DNA of 39,179 bases from Deltaproteobacteria bacterium (GTDB lineage: Bacteria; Bdellovibrionota; UBA1018; UBA923), in the NCBI GenBank assembly GCA_016194795.1, contig JACQAX010000029.1, positions 1 through 39,179 of the forward strand, written 5' to 3'. Both the position numbers and the translations under genes were made by a program. Each line of letters starts with the position of its first letter. Position 1 is the stretch's first letter. Of the stretch, positions 27,571 through 35,912 are shown one piece after another. The notes beneath the pieces are model-generated. The model was not told the DNA's origin. It saw nothing but the letters and a program-made list of their open reading frames with translations, and did no database searches.

Positions 27571-28010
27571 AGCTCAATTGCGTTTGGAAAGACAAGATGA
27601 CGTTCACGGCCGAGTCCGGCGGTCATCAGATCCATATGGACACCAAGCCGCCCATCGGGACCGATACGGCGATGACGCCGAAGCAGCTCGTGCTCGCCGG
27701 AATTTCCGGCTGTACGTCCATGGACGTCGTGGCTCTCTTGAAGAAGTACAAGCAGCCGCTCGAGGCGCTCGTCGTCGAGGTCGATGCAAGCCAGACGGAA
27801 GGCGGCTACCCCCAGGTATTCAAGGAGGTGAAACTTGTTTTCCGTTTCAAGGGCGCGCTCGACGAGGCGAAAGTGCTGGAGGCGGTGAGGCTTTCGCAGA
27901 CGAAGTACTGCGGAGTCAGCGCGATGCTCGCCAAGGCGGTTCCGATCACCTACACGGTCGACCTCAACGGGAAGAACGTCGGAAGCGGCCGCGCCGACTT
28001 CAGCGCCTGA
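27567..28010 (+). CDS. OsmC/Ohr-family peroxiredoxin-like protein
   Basis: PKQLVLAGISGCTSMDVV and SQTKYCGVSAML give the two conserved Cys of OsmC. ATGA overlap with the MBL gene stop. Confidence 0.85.
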   Translation: MKLNCVWKDKMTFTAESGGHQIHMDTKPPIGTDTAMTPKQLVLAGISGCTSMDVVALLKKYKQPLEALVVEVDASQTEGGYPQVFKEVKLVFRFKGALDEAKVLEAVRLSQTKYCGVSAMLAKAVPITYTVDLNGKNVGSGRADFSA

Positions 28011-28446
28011 GCTCTTCGCCGTGGCGGACGAGCCCGCCGAGGTGCGCGGCGCGCGCCAGCAGGCCGCAGGCGACGGCGGCCACGACGAGGCAGGCGATCG
28101 CCAGCAGCCTGGCTTTGGCGTGCGCGCGCTTGAGTAGCAGCAGGCAGCCCGCGCCGAGCGCGCCGGCGACAAGAAGAGCGATGAAGGCGGCCTCGGCCGC
28201 CTCCTCGTGCTCGTGGATCGCGTCTTTCGGGGCGCCGAGCTTTTCGATAAGATCTCCGGCAGGATCACCCGACAGGAACGTCGGCACGCCGGAAACCGCG
28301 GCAAGCACGACAAGCACGAGGCCCGCGCGCAACGTCGTCTCCGACTTCCTGAGCACGCCCCAAGCCAGAAAAAGCAGGCTCGCTCCGGCGAGGACGACCG
28401 GTACGTGGTTCAGGGCCAGATGGATTTGAGCGGGGTTGATCGTCAT
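28000..28446 (-). CDS. hypothetical membrane protein (4 TM; DUF2231-like)
   Basis: 148-aa ORF with helices HVPVVLAGASLLFLAWGVL, LVLVVLAAVSGVPTFL, AAFIALLVAGALGAGCLLLL and LLAIACLVVAAVACGLL. Its 3' end overlaps osmC convergently by 11 nt. Confidence 0.55.
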   Translation of the reverse strand: MTINPAQIHLALNHVPVVLAGASLLFLAWGVLRKSETTLRAGLVLVVLAAVSGVPTFLSGDPAGDLIEKLGAPKDAIHEHEEAAEAAFIALLVAGALGAGCLLLLKRAHAKARLLAIACLVVAAVACGLLARAAHLGGLVRHGEELRR

Positions 28447-28611
28447 TGTGGTGGTCTCCTCATGCAGGAAAAGAATAGCAACATCGGGGCCAGCTCTGTT
28501 TCACGCTGGGATCGCCGACGGCGTGGGACAAAGTGACCGGCTTGGGCGCAACTTGTCCCGCGGAACCTCGACAAAAAACGGTATCCAGGCGTCGGAACGC
28601 TGGAACGGCGG

Positions 28612-29337
28612 TTGCAACCATGTTCCGACGTGCTGGAACGTATTTTAGACGAGGCCGCCGAGCTCGTCAGGCATTATTTCAGGATCAGCGTCGAGGGGCT
28701 CGAGCACGTGCCCGTGTCCGGTGCCGCGCTGATCGTTCCGAACCACTCGGGCTTCGGAGCGGCTGACGCGCTCATGATCGCGCATCTCGTTCGTCGCGAG
28801 AAGGGGCGCGTGCCGCGCATCCTCGCGCACCGCGCTTTCTTCGAGCTCTTCGAGCCGTTGCGCCGGGCCTCGGTTGCCTTCGGCCTGGACCGGGTATCCG
28901 TCGCGCGTGGAGTCGAGCTGCTGACCGATGAGCAGCTGCTTTTGCTGTTTCCGGAAGGTGAGTCGGGGAACTTCAAGCCGAGCACGAGGCGTTACCACCT
29001 CCAGCCGTTCCACACGGGCTTTGTCCGGATGGCTCTGCTGAGCGGCGCTCCGATCGTCCCGTGCGTCGTGATCGGCGCCGAGGAGGCCCAGCTCAACCTG
29101 GGAAGCGTCGATGCGTCCCGGCTTCTGGAGGGACTGCGCCTGCCGGTGCCGCTGAACCTCTTTCCGCTGCCGTCGAAGTGGCGGATCCGCTTTCTCGAGC
29201 CGATCCGGCTCGACCATTACCCGCCTGGCAGCGCCAGCGACCGGGCGCTCACGCACGAGCTCAGCGTCGAGATCCAGATCGCGATGCAGAGGGCAATCAA
29301 CGGCGAGCTCGGGCAGCGCAAGAGCGTCTATTTTTAA
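28612..29337 (+). CDS. lysophospholipid/1-acyl-sn-glycerol-3-phosphate acyltransferase family (PlsC-like)
   Basis: ALIVPNHSGFGAADALMI (NH...D block), FPEGESG (FPEG block), IVPCVVIG. The H-to-D spacing is longer than the canonical HX4D. Confidence 0.7.
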   Translation: MQPCSDVLERILDEAAELVRHYFRISVEGLEHVPVSGAALIVPNHSGFGAADALMIAHLVRREKGRVPRILAHRAFFELFEPLRRASVAFGLDRVSVARGVELLTDEQLLLLFPEGESGNFKPSTRRYHLQPFHTGFVRMALLSGAPIVPCVVIGAEEAQLNLGSVDASRLLEGLRLPVPLNLFPLPSKWRIRFLEPIRLDHYPPGSASDRALTHELSVEIQIAMQRAINGELGQRKSVYF

Positions 29338-29401
29338 CAGGCCCGGGCGGGCTCCGGCGATTGGCATCTCGCTTGCCTTTATCTCGTTCCAAAGGAGCCT
29401 T

Positions 29402-30043
29402 ATGGCCGTCTTTCGCGACAGGATCGATGCAGGCAAACAGCTGGCAGGCAAGCTCAGCGCGTATCGCGGGCGCAATCCGCTCGTGCTCGCGATTCCTCGC
29501 GGCGCCATTCCGCTCGGCGACGTCGTCGCCCGCGAGCTGAAAGGCCAGCTCGACCTCGTGCTCGTCCACAAGATCGGCGCGCCGGGAAACCCCGAGTTCG
29601 CCATCGGCGCGGTGGCCGAGGACGGAAAAGTCGTTCTCGGAGGCGAGGCCGATTTTTTCTCGGTTTCGGAGGAGTACGTGAAGCGCGCGGCGGCCGAGGA
29701 AGTGGCCGCTCTCCAGGCCAAGCGCCAGCTCTACAGCCCCTACACGCACGCGATCCCGCGTCGTGACCGGGTCGTCATTCTCGTCGATGACGGCATCGCG
29801 ACCGGCCAAACGATGCTTGCCGCGGTCCGGGCGGTGCGAGAGGATGGTCCTGCCGAGATCGTCGTCGCCGCGCCCGTCGCCTCCACCGACGCGTACGAGG
29901 CGCTCGAGAAGGTGGCTGACCGCCTGGCGGTCGTCGCGGTGGAAGAGCGGTTCGGGTCGGTCAGCAGATTCTACGAAACTTTCGCGCAGGTGTCCGACGC
30001 CGAAGTCGTCGAGATCCTCGCGCGCATGAGGAGCGCTTCCTGA
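29402..30043 (+). CDS. phosphoribosyltransferase family protein (standalone type I PRTase-like)
   Basis: AAGGAG RBS. FRDRIDAGKQLA...LVLAIPRGAIPLG and the PRPP-binding loop VVILVDDGIATGQTM. Confidence 0.8.
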   Translation: MAVFRDRIDAGKQLAGKLSAYRGRNPLVLAIPRGAIPLGDVVARELKGQLDLVLVHKIGAPGNPEFAIGAVAEDGKVVLGGEADFFSVSEEYVKRAAAEEVAALQAKRQLYSPYTHAIPRRDRVVILVDDGIATGQTMLAAVRAVREDGPAEIVVAAPVASTDAYEALEKVADRLAVVAVEERFGSVSRFYETFAQVSDAEVVEILARMRSAS

Positions 30044-31225
30044 ATGAACGGAACTCTGGGTCTCGTATTGACCAGCGGCGGTGCCCGGGGCGCGTACCAG
30101 GCGGGCGCGCTGCGCGCGCTTGCCGAGATCACCCGCGCCTCTCGCCTGCCGTTTCAGGTGCTGTCGGGCGTATCGGCCGGAAGCATCAATTCAACCTACC
30201 TCGCCTGCCAGGCGGGTGATTTTCAGGGAGCAACCGAGAGGCTCGCCCGTCTCTGGTCCACGCTCAGGCCCCGCGACATCTTTCTCACCGACGGGCTCAC
30301 GCTGACCCGTACCGGGATGGCATGGATTTCCGATCTCGGCTTCGGAGCCTGGATCGGAAGCGGCCGAGGCAAGTCGTTGCTTGTCACGAGCCCGCTCCAG
30401 CGCCTGCTCGGCGAGAAGCTCGACTTCGGCGCGCTGCGGGCCAACATCGCCACGGGCCTCGTGCGCGGCGTGGCGCTCACCGCGACCAATTATTCTTCCG
30501 GCACCTCGGTCACCTTCTACGACGGCACGTCCGACATCGAGCCCTGGACGAGGACGACGCGCATGGCGGTGCGCGAGCAGTTCTCGCTCGAGCACGTGAT
30601 GGCCTCGTCGGCGATCCCGGTATTTTTTCCGGCCGTCCGCGTCGGCGGGGCTTATTACGGCGACGGCTGCATCAGGATGAGCACGCCTCTGAGCCCGGCG
30701 ATCCATCTCGGCGCCGACAAGGTGCTGGCCATCGGCGTCCGCCACGAGCGGTCGGTGCAGAGAGTCGCCGACCTCAACGGCGCGCGCGCGGAGCGCTACC
30801 CGTTGCTTGCCGACGTCGGCGGCGTGCTGCTCAACGCGATGTTCCTGGACGCGCTCGAAAGCGACGTCGAGCGCATGGAGCGCATCAACCAGACGCTCTC
30901 GCTGATCCCGGAGAGCGCGCGTCGCTCGCACCCCTCGAAGCTGCGCCAGGTGCCCGTGATGGTTCTCAAGCCGACGCGCGATCTCGGCGAGCTCGTGGCC
31001 GAGGTGATGAAGGATTTTCCGTTCGCCGTGCGCCACTTTCTCAAGGGCCTCGGCACCTCGAGCGACAGCGGTTATGACCTCATGAGCTACCTCGCGTTCG
31101 ACTCAGCGTACACCGCGCGGCTCGAGGAGCTCGGGTATCGAGACACCATGGCCGCCAAAGACGCGGTCACGCGATTTTTGGAGCTACCCGTCAGCTCGAC
31201 TGGCGCTGATCCTTCGGGAGCCTGA
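30044..31225 (+). CDS. patatin-like phospholipase
   Basis: Oxyanion GGARGAYQAG, nucleophile elbow GVSAGS (GxSxG), catalytic Asp context YYGDGCIR. The ATG immediately follows the TGA of the PRTase gene (0-nt gap). Confidence 0.9.
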   Translation: MNGTLGLVLTSGGARGAYQAGALRALAEITRASRLPFQVLSGVSAGSINSTYLACQAGDFQGATERLARLWSTLRPRDIFLTDGLTLTRTGMAWISDLGFGAWIGSGRGKSLLVTSPLQRLLGEKLDFGALRANIATGLVRGVALTATNYSSGTSVTFYDGTSDIEPWTRTTRMAVREQFSLEHVMASSAIPVFFPAVRVGGAYYGDGCIRMSTPLSPAIHLGADKVLAIGVRHERSVQRVADLNGARAERYPLLADVGGVLLNAMFLDALESDVERMERINQTLSLIPESARRSHPSKLRQVPVMVLKPTRDLGELVAEVMKDFPFAVRHFLKGLGTSSDSGYDLMSYLAFDSAYTARLEELGYRDTMAAKDAVTRFLELPVSSTGADPSGA

Positions 31226-32333
31226 CGACGAAGCAGGTGTTGGGCGAGCGCTCGTCGATCGTGAGCTCGCCGCCGTGGTTCTCGACGATCGCCGTCGAGA
31301 CGCTCAGGCCGAGGCCCGAGCCCTTGCCCATCGGCTTCGTCGTGAAGAAGGGCTGCATGATCTTCTCTCGGAGCTCTTTCGGGATGCCTTTTCCGCTATC
31401 GGTGATGGTGATCTCGACGTCCGTGCCCCGGTCGGCCACGTCGATCCTGATCCAGCGCTCGTCGAGCGGCTTGATGGCGTCCTTGGCGTTGTTGATGAGG
31501 TTCACGAAAACCTGGCTGATCTGCGTCTCCTGGCACCAGACGGCCAGACGCCCGTCGATCGCGCCGAGATGCACCTTGATGCCGTGCTTTTGGAAGCTCT
31601 CGGTCGTGAAGCCGAGGACGTCGTTGAGCAGGTCGCCCAGCTGCGTTTTCTGGAACGGGTCGTTGCCGCCGTCGCGCGAAAGCGCCTTCATCCCGCGAAT
31701 GATCGACGCCATGCGGTCGCAGAGCTGCTCGACCGTGTCCGCGGTCTGAAGCACCGTTTCCGGGGGCGCGTTGCCGGCGCGAACCTGCATCTTGAGAAAC
31801 TCCATGCGCCCGCGGACGGTCGCGAGAGGGTTGCCGAGCTCGTGGGCGATGCCCGCGGCAAGCTCGCCGACGCTGGCCATCTTTTCGGAGTGGATGAGGG
31901 CGGCGCGCTGCGCTTCGATCTGCTCCTGGCTGGTTTTTTGATCGGTGATGTCGGTGCGGATGGCGACGTACTTGAAGGGCCGGCCCTTCGACGTGAGAAA
32001 CGGCACGATCGTCGTGAACACCCAGTAGTAGGTTCCGTCCTTGGCCTTGTTTTTGACCTCGCCCTTCCAGATCTTGCCGGAGGCGATGGTCTCCCAGAGG
32101 TCGACGAAGAAGGCCTTGGAGTGGTGGCCTGAGTTGATGATGCGGTGGTTCTGCCCGATCAGCTCCTCGCGGGAGTACTTCGAGATCTCGCAGAACTTGT
32201 CGTTGACGTAGGTGATCTTGCCGGCCGAGTCGGTGAGGGCGACGATCGACGACTGATCGAGGGCGCGACGAAGGTCGTCTACCTCTTTTTCGGTCCGCTC
32301 CAGCTGCTCTTCTACGGTCAAACGATCGCTCAT
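31191..32333 (-). CDS. soluble PAS-domain sensor histidine kinase
   Basis: MSDRLTVEEQLERTEKEVDDLRR (coiled coil). PAS: ITYVNDKFCEISKYSREELIGQNHRIINSG...DGTYYWVFTTIVPF. H-box GIAHELGNPL, N-box NLINNAKDA, G-boxes DSGKGI and GSGLGL. No TM segment. ATG 32333 has an AAGGCGGAG RBS. The track start at 32636 runs into the EEP gene and is rejected. Confidence 0.9.
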   Translation of the reverse strand: MSDRLTVEEQLERTEKEVDDLRRALDQSSIVALTDSAGKITYVNDKFCEISKYSREELIGQNHRIINSGHHSKAFFVDLWETIASGKIWKGEVKNKAKDGTYYWVFTTIVPFLTSKGRPFKYVAIRTDITDQKTSQEQIEAQRAALIHSEKMASVGELAAGIAHELGNPLATVRGRMEFLKMQVRAGNAPPETVLQTADTVEQLCDRMASIIRGMKALSRDGGNDPFQKTQLGDLLNDVLGFTTESFQKHGIKVHLGAIDGRLAVWCQETQISQVFVNLINNAKDAIKPLDERWIRIDVADRGTDVEITITDSGKGIPKELREKIMQPFFTTKPMGKGSGLGLSVSTAIVENHGGELTIDERSPNTCFVVRLPKDQRQSS

Positions 32334-32391
32334 CGGACGTGACACTCCGCCTTTGAGACTTTTTGGCACAATGGGGGCCGTAGCGCAATGG

Positions 32392-33138
32392 TCAGAGTCG
32401 AAAATCCGCCTCCACGGCGGCGTGGTCGGAAAGCCTGCTCCAGACGCCGTCGACGTGGATTTTCGCGGTGACGAACTCGAGCCAGCGAAAGTAGATCCTA
32501 TCGAGCCGAAGCACGGGCAGCCAGGCGGGAAAGGATTTGGCGTGGCGGCCGTCCTGCTTGAGAAAAGCTTCTTCCAACGTGAGCTTGCGCGCGAGAATCG
32601 GCGAGGCGATCTCCTGCCAGTCATTGAAGTCGCCACCGACGACGAGCGGCGCGTCGTGCGGGACGAGCCGCTCGATGCGGTCGCACAGCTTTCCCAGCTG
32701 GGCGCGACGGCCAGAGCTGAAGAGGCTGAGGTGCAGGCAGAAGACGTGGAGCTCGGCCGAGGCGCCGGGAATCTTGAGACGCGCGTGGAGCATCCCTCTC
32801 TGCTCGAGCGCGTTCGTCGAGACGTTGACGTTCTCCGAGAAGGTGATGGGGTACTTGCTCAGGATCGCGTTGCCGTGGTGGCCCTCGGTGTAGACGGCGT
32901 TCTTGCCGTAAGCGTGGTGCGGCCAGAGCTTGTCGGCCAGGTACTCGAACTGCGAGACGGTGGGCCAGTCCTTGTGCTTCTTTCCGTGGTGCTCGTGGTG
33001 GCCGACGACCTCCTGGAGCAGCACGAGGTCGGCGTGCACGAGCTCGATCGACTCCTTGATCCCCTTGAGCACGAGATCGAAGTTCGTGGCGTTGAAGCCT
33101 TTGTGGATGTTGTAGGACAGCACTCGCAGCTTGCGCAT
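32392..33138 (-). CDS. endonuclease/exonuclease/phosphatase (EEP) family protein
   Basis: MRKLRVLSYNIHKG...ADLVLLQEV...VVGGDFND...LSDHAAV is the EEP motif set. ATG 33138 lies 2 nt after the upstream gene's stop. Confidence 0.8.
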   Translation of the reverse strand: MRKLRVLSYNIHKGFNATNFDLVLKGIKESIELVHADLVLLQEVVGHHEHHGKKHKDWPTVSQFEYLADKLWPHHAYGKNAVYTEGHHGNAILSKYPITFSENVNVSTNALEQRGMLHARLKIPGASAELHVFCLHLSLFSSGRRAQLGKLCDRIERLVPHDAPLVVGGDFNDWQEIASPILARKLTLEEAFLKQDGRHAKSFPAWLPVLRLDRIYFRWLEFVTAKIHVDGVWSRLSDHAAVEADFRL

Positions 33139-33140
33139 CG

Positions 33141-33881
33141 TCACTCGTGGTGGTGGAACGGGCACGAAGCTCCCATGCCCTGGTCTAGAGCTTGAGGCGC
33201 GCCCGCTTTTCTTTCAAGCGAAGAAACGAGCGGCGTGGCGCGCACGGCGACGGTGAAAAGAGCCGCCACGATGAGCAACGCCCCCGAAAAGCGCGGCGCC
33301 AGGCGCCCGAGCGGACGGAGGAGCTTCGTCAGCAAGAGCGAAGCCGAGGCGAGCGCCGGAAGCGTGCCCGCCCAGAAGAGCGCAAGCGACACCGCTCCGA
33401 GGGCGGCACTTTGCGTGACCGCGGCCGCGAGCACGAAGCCGTACAGCCAGCCGCATGGAAGAAAAGCCGAGAGCAGGCCGACCGTCAGGCTGCTCCCCAC
33501 GCTGTCGCCCGGCCTTTTCGGCCACAGCGCGCGCACCACGCGCGTCAGCGCCGTGGGAAGCCTCAGATGCATCGAGCGCCCGCTCAAGCGGGCGACGCCC
33601 AGATAAAGAAGCGGAAGCGCGATCGCCGCGGTCGTGAGCCAGGGCAGGACGGCAAAGACGCGCGTGCCGAGCGCCGCCTGGCCCAGGGCGCCGGCCAGGG
33701 CGCCGAGGCCGGCGTACGAGAGGAGCCGTCCAAAGTGGTAGGCCGCGGCCGTGCGCCTCGTGCGCGCGAACATCAGCGTGAGCCCGCCGCACATGGCGAC
33801 GCAGTGGCCGCTACCGAGCAGGCTTGCCGCGAGGATCGCGAGCGGGACGATCGCATGAGAGTCAACGATAGGGGCCGACAA
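33141..33881 (-). CDS. TauE/SafE- or DsbD_2-type membrane protein associated with cbb3 biogenesis clusters
   Basis: LLGSGHCVAMCGG motif plus about 6 TM helices. TTG 33881 is preceded by GGAGG with a 6-nt spacing and lies inside the ccoG 3' end (20-nt overlap). The track start at 33947 is less likely. Confidence 0.7.
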   Translation of the reverse strand: MSAPIVDSHAIVPLAILAASLLGSGHCVAMCGGLTLMFARTRRTAAAYHFGRLLSYAGLGALAGALGQAALGTRVFAVLPWLTTAAIALPLLYLGVARLSGRSMHLRLPTALTRVVRALWPKRPGDSVGSSLTVGLLSAFLPCGWLYGFVLAAAVTQSAALGAVSLALFWAGTLPALASASLLLTKLLRPLGRLAPRFSGALLIVAALFTVAVRATPLVSSLERKAGAPQALDQGMGASCPFHHHE

Positions 33882-35226
33882 GCGTGACCTCCTCGGCGGT
33901 GAGCGTTTTTCCGGCGGGGTCGACCACCCGGATCGTGACCGTGGCATGCCCGCTCGCGAGCAGGCTCTTCGGAAACTTCACGAACGCCTCCTGGTTGAGC
34001 TTGCGTCCGCCCGCGACCTTGAATGAGCCCAGCGCCGTGACGACCTCGGCCGCGGTGCCGGGCTTGCCGGTGTCGACGGCGAGCTTGAGCTCGAGATCCT
34101 CGAAGCTCTGGTTGCTCAGATCGACCTTGAAGCGGTTGACGATCTCGGTGGCGCTGATCTCGGTGTAAGGCGTGTCGGCGGCGCGCACGAAGGTGGCCTC
34201 GACGGGGCGGCGCGTGGCGACGTTATAGATAAGGCCGACGGCCAGCAGCGCGACGAGCGCGCCATAGACGACGACGCGCGGGCGCAGCGCGGTCGTGGGC
34301 TTGCCGCTCAGGCCCGCGGCCGAGTCGTAGCGGATCAGGCCGAGCGGCCGGCGCAGACGCGCCATGACGTCGTCGCAGGCGTCGATGCATGCCGTGCAGC
34401 CGATGCACTCGAGCTGGGCGCCGTTTCGGATGTCGATGCCGGTCGGACAGACCTGAACGCAGCGGTTGCAGCTCACGCAGTCGCTGCGGTTCGTGTCGTA
34501 GGTGACGAGCAGCGACTGCTCGTCCATGAGAAGCGACTGGAAACGCCCGTAAGGGCAGACGACCGTGCAGAACTGCTCGCGAAACCAGCCGAAGTCGAAC
34601 AGGATCGCGCCGCTCAGCACGGCCATGAAGGTAAAGCTTGCGGGGTTTTTGGCGGGAGACGAGCGGATCATCGTCGCGAGCGCCTCGGTGCCAACGAAGT
34701 AGGCGAGAAAGCTGTGGGTCACGACGAGCGCGACGACGGTGAAGAGCCCCCACTTCATCGCCTTTTTGAAGGCCTTGTCGGCGTCCAACGGCGCGGCGTC
34801 GAGCTTGCGGCGCGCGAGGTGGTCGCCCTCGATCGCGCGCTCGATGCGGCGAAACAGGCTTTCGATGAAAACCGTCTGTGGGCAAGCCCAGCCGCACCAG
34901 ACGCGGCCCCAGAGCGCGGTGGCCAGGCCCAGCGTCAGCGCCGCGCCGCCGACGATGAAGACGAGCATCGGCGCATCATGGGCCCAGAACGTGATGCCGA
35001 AGATCGCGAAGCGCCGTCTCGCCACGTCGAGCAGGAGCGCCTGGCTGCCGTTGACGCGAACCCAGGGGAGCGCGAGAAAGACCCCGATCAGCACCGTGTG
35101 CGCGAGCGAGCGGAGCCGCTGGTAGCGGCCCTTGACCTCGGCCGGGTACACGTAGATGCGCCGACCGCGCTCGTCGGCGGTGGTCAGGCGGTCGGCGTGC
35201 GATTCCGGCTTCTTGAAAACGCTCAA
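33862..35226 (-). CDS. ccoG: cytochrome c oxidase accessory protein CcoG (4Fe-4S ferredoxin-type membrane protein)
   Basis: RRIYVYPAEVKGRYQRLR...FGITFWAHD..., cluster motifs CVSCNRCVQVCP and CIGCTACIDACD, and a C-terminal beta-rich domain. TTG start with an AGGAG RBS, 3 nt after the ccoP stop. Confidence 0.9.
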   Translation of the reverse strand: MSVFKKPESHADRLTTADERGRRIYVYPAEVKGRYQRLRSLAHTVLIGVFLALPWVRVNGSQALLLDVARRRFAIFGITFWAHDAPMLVFIVGGAALTLGLATALWGRVWCGWACPQTVFIESLFRRIERAIEGDHLARRKLDAAPLDADKAFKKAMKWGLFTVVALVVTHSFLAYFVGTEALATMIRSSPAKNPASFTFMAVLSGAILFDFGWFREQFCTVVCPYGRFQSLLMDEQSLLVTYDTNRSDCVSCNRCVQVCPTGIDIRNGAQLECIGCTACIDACDDVMARLRRPLGLIRYDSAAGLSGKPTTALRPRVVVYGALVALLAVGLIYNVATRRPVEATFVRAADTPYTEISATEIVNRFKVDLSNQSFEDLELKLAVDTGKPGTAAEVVTALGSFKVAGGRKLNQEAFVKFPKSLLASGHATVTIRVVDPAGKTLTAEEVTLVGPYR

Positions 35227-35229
35227 GCC

Positions 35230-35694
35230 TCACTCCTTGACGAGCTCGCCCTGCGCGGCTTTGGCGCCGGGCGGGTTCGTCCCCCGGAGAGACTTGACGT
35301 AGGCGGTTACCGAGTAGATCTCCTCGTCGGAGAGCAGCGTGTTCCAGGGCGGCATTCCTTTCGCCGAAACGCCGTCGTGGATCGTGTTGGCGATCGACTC
35401 CGGCTTGCCGTCGCCGTGGATCCAGTAGTCGTCGGTGAGGTTGGGGCCGATGATCCCCTGGCCATGGTCGCCGTGGCACGAGATGCATTTGCCCTGGAAG
35501 ACGATCTTTCCGGCGCCGATCCTCTCGCCGCTCTTCAGCGCGACGTTCAGATGCGTCATGTCCGGAAAGGTGAGCGCCGGCGCGGCCGCCTTGCGGCTGG
35601 CCTCCATCGCGGCCACCTCATGCTCGTATTCCTGCTGGATCGAGCTGCCGTTGCCGAGCTCGTAGTAGGCGTAATAGCCGGCGGCGAAGGCCAT
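35230..35694 (-). CDS. ccoP: cbb3 oxidase subunit III-like monoheme cytochrome c (CcoP/FixP-like); the true N-terminus probably lies upstream
   Basis: Single CISCH heme motif plus GMPPW. In the same frame upstream of ATG 35694 the sequence reads EENGNNDPKEKLTDHEYDGIRELDNDLPRWWLATFYLT, which is the FixP N-terminal motif and half of a TM helix. There is no ATG, GTG or TTG between that motif and the upstream stop. Confidence 0.75.
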   Translation of the reverse strand: MAFAAGYYAYYELGNGSSIQQEYEHEVAAMEASRKAAAPALTFPDMTHLNVALKSGERIGAGKIVFQGKCISCHGDHGQGIIGPNLTDDYWIHGDGKPESIANTIHDGVSAKGMPPWNTLLSDEEIYSVTAYVKSLRGTNPPGAKAAQGELVKE

Positions 35695-35804
35695 CGTGAG
35701 ATAGAAGGTCGCCAGCCACCAGCGGGGCAGGTCGTTGTCGAGCTCCCGGATGCCGTCGTACTCGTGGTCGGTGAGCTTTTCCTTCGGGTCGTTGTTGCCG
35801 TTCT

Positions 35805-35912
35805 CTTCAAGAACACCCGCAGAAACACCGCGAGAAACACGCCGAAGAACAGAAGGAGCGCGAGACTCGTGAGCCAGGTCTGGGGAAAATGGACGAGCGC
35901 CTGCGTTTTCAT
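35805..35912 (-). CDS. ccoQ: CcoQ-like single-TM segment (frame differs from ccoP; no nearby stop in its own frame)
   Basis: ATG 35912 overlaps the ccoNO stop (ATGA). [36 protein letters not shown] resembles CcoQ/FixQ. Beyond about 35805 this frame reads an R/S/T-rich string with no stop until 35556. Confidence 0.5.

Noticed and set aside
28525-28559. Imperfect hairpin GGGACAAAGT...ACTTGTCCC in the leader of the acyltransferase gene as a possible riboswitch or attenuator
   Set aside because: It is a single bulged stem with a 16-nt loop. It resembles no riboswitch class I recognise, and I cannot assess conservation.
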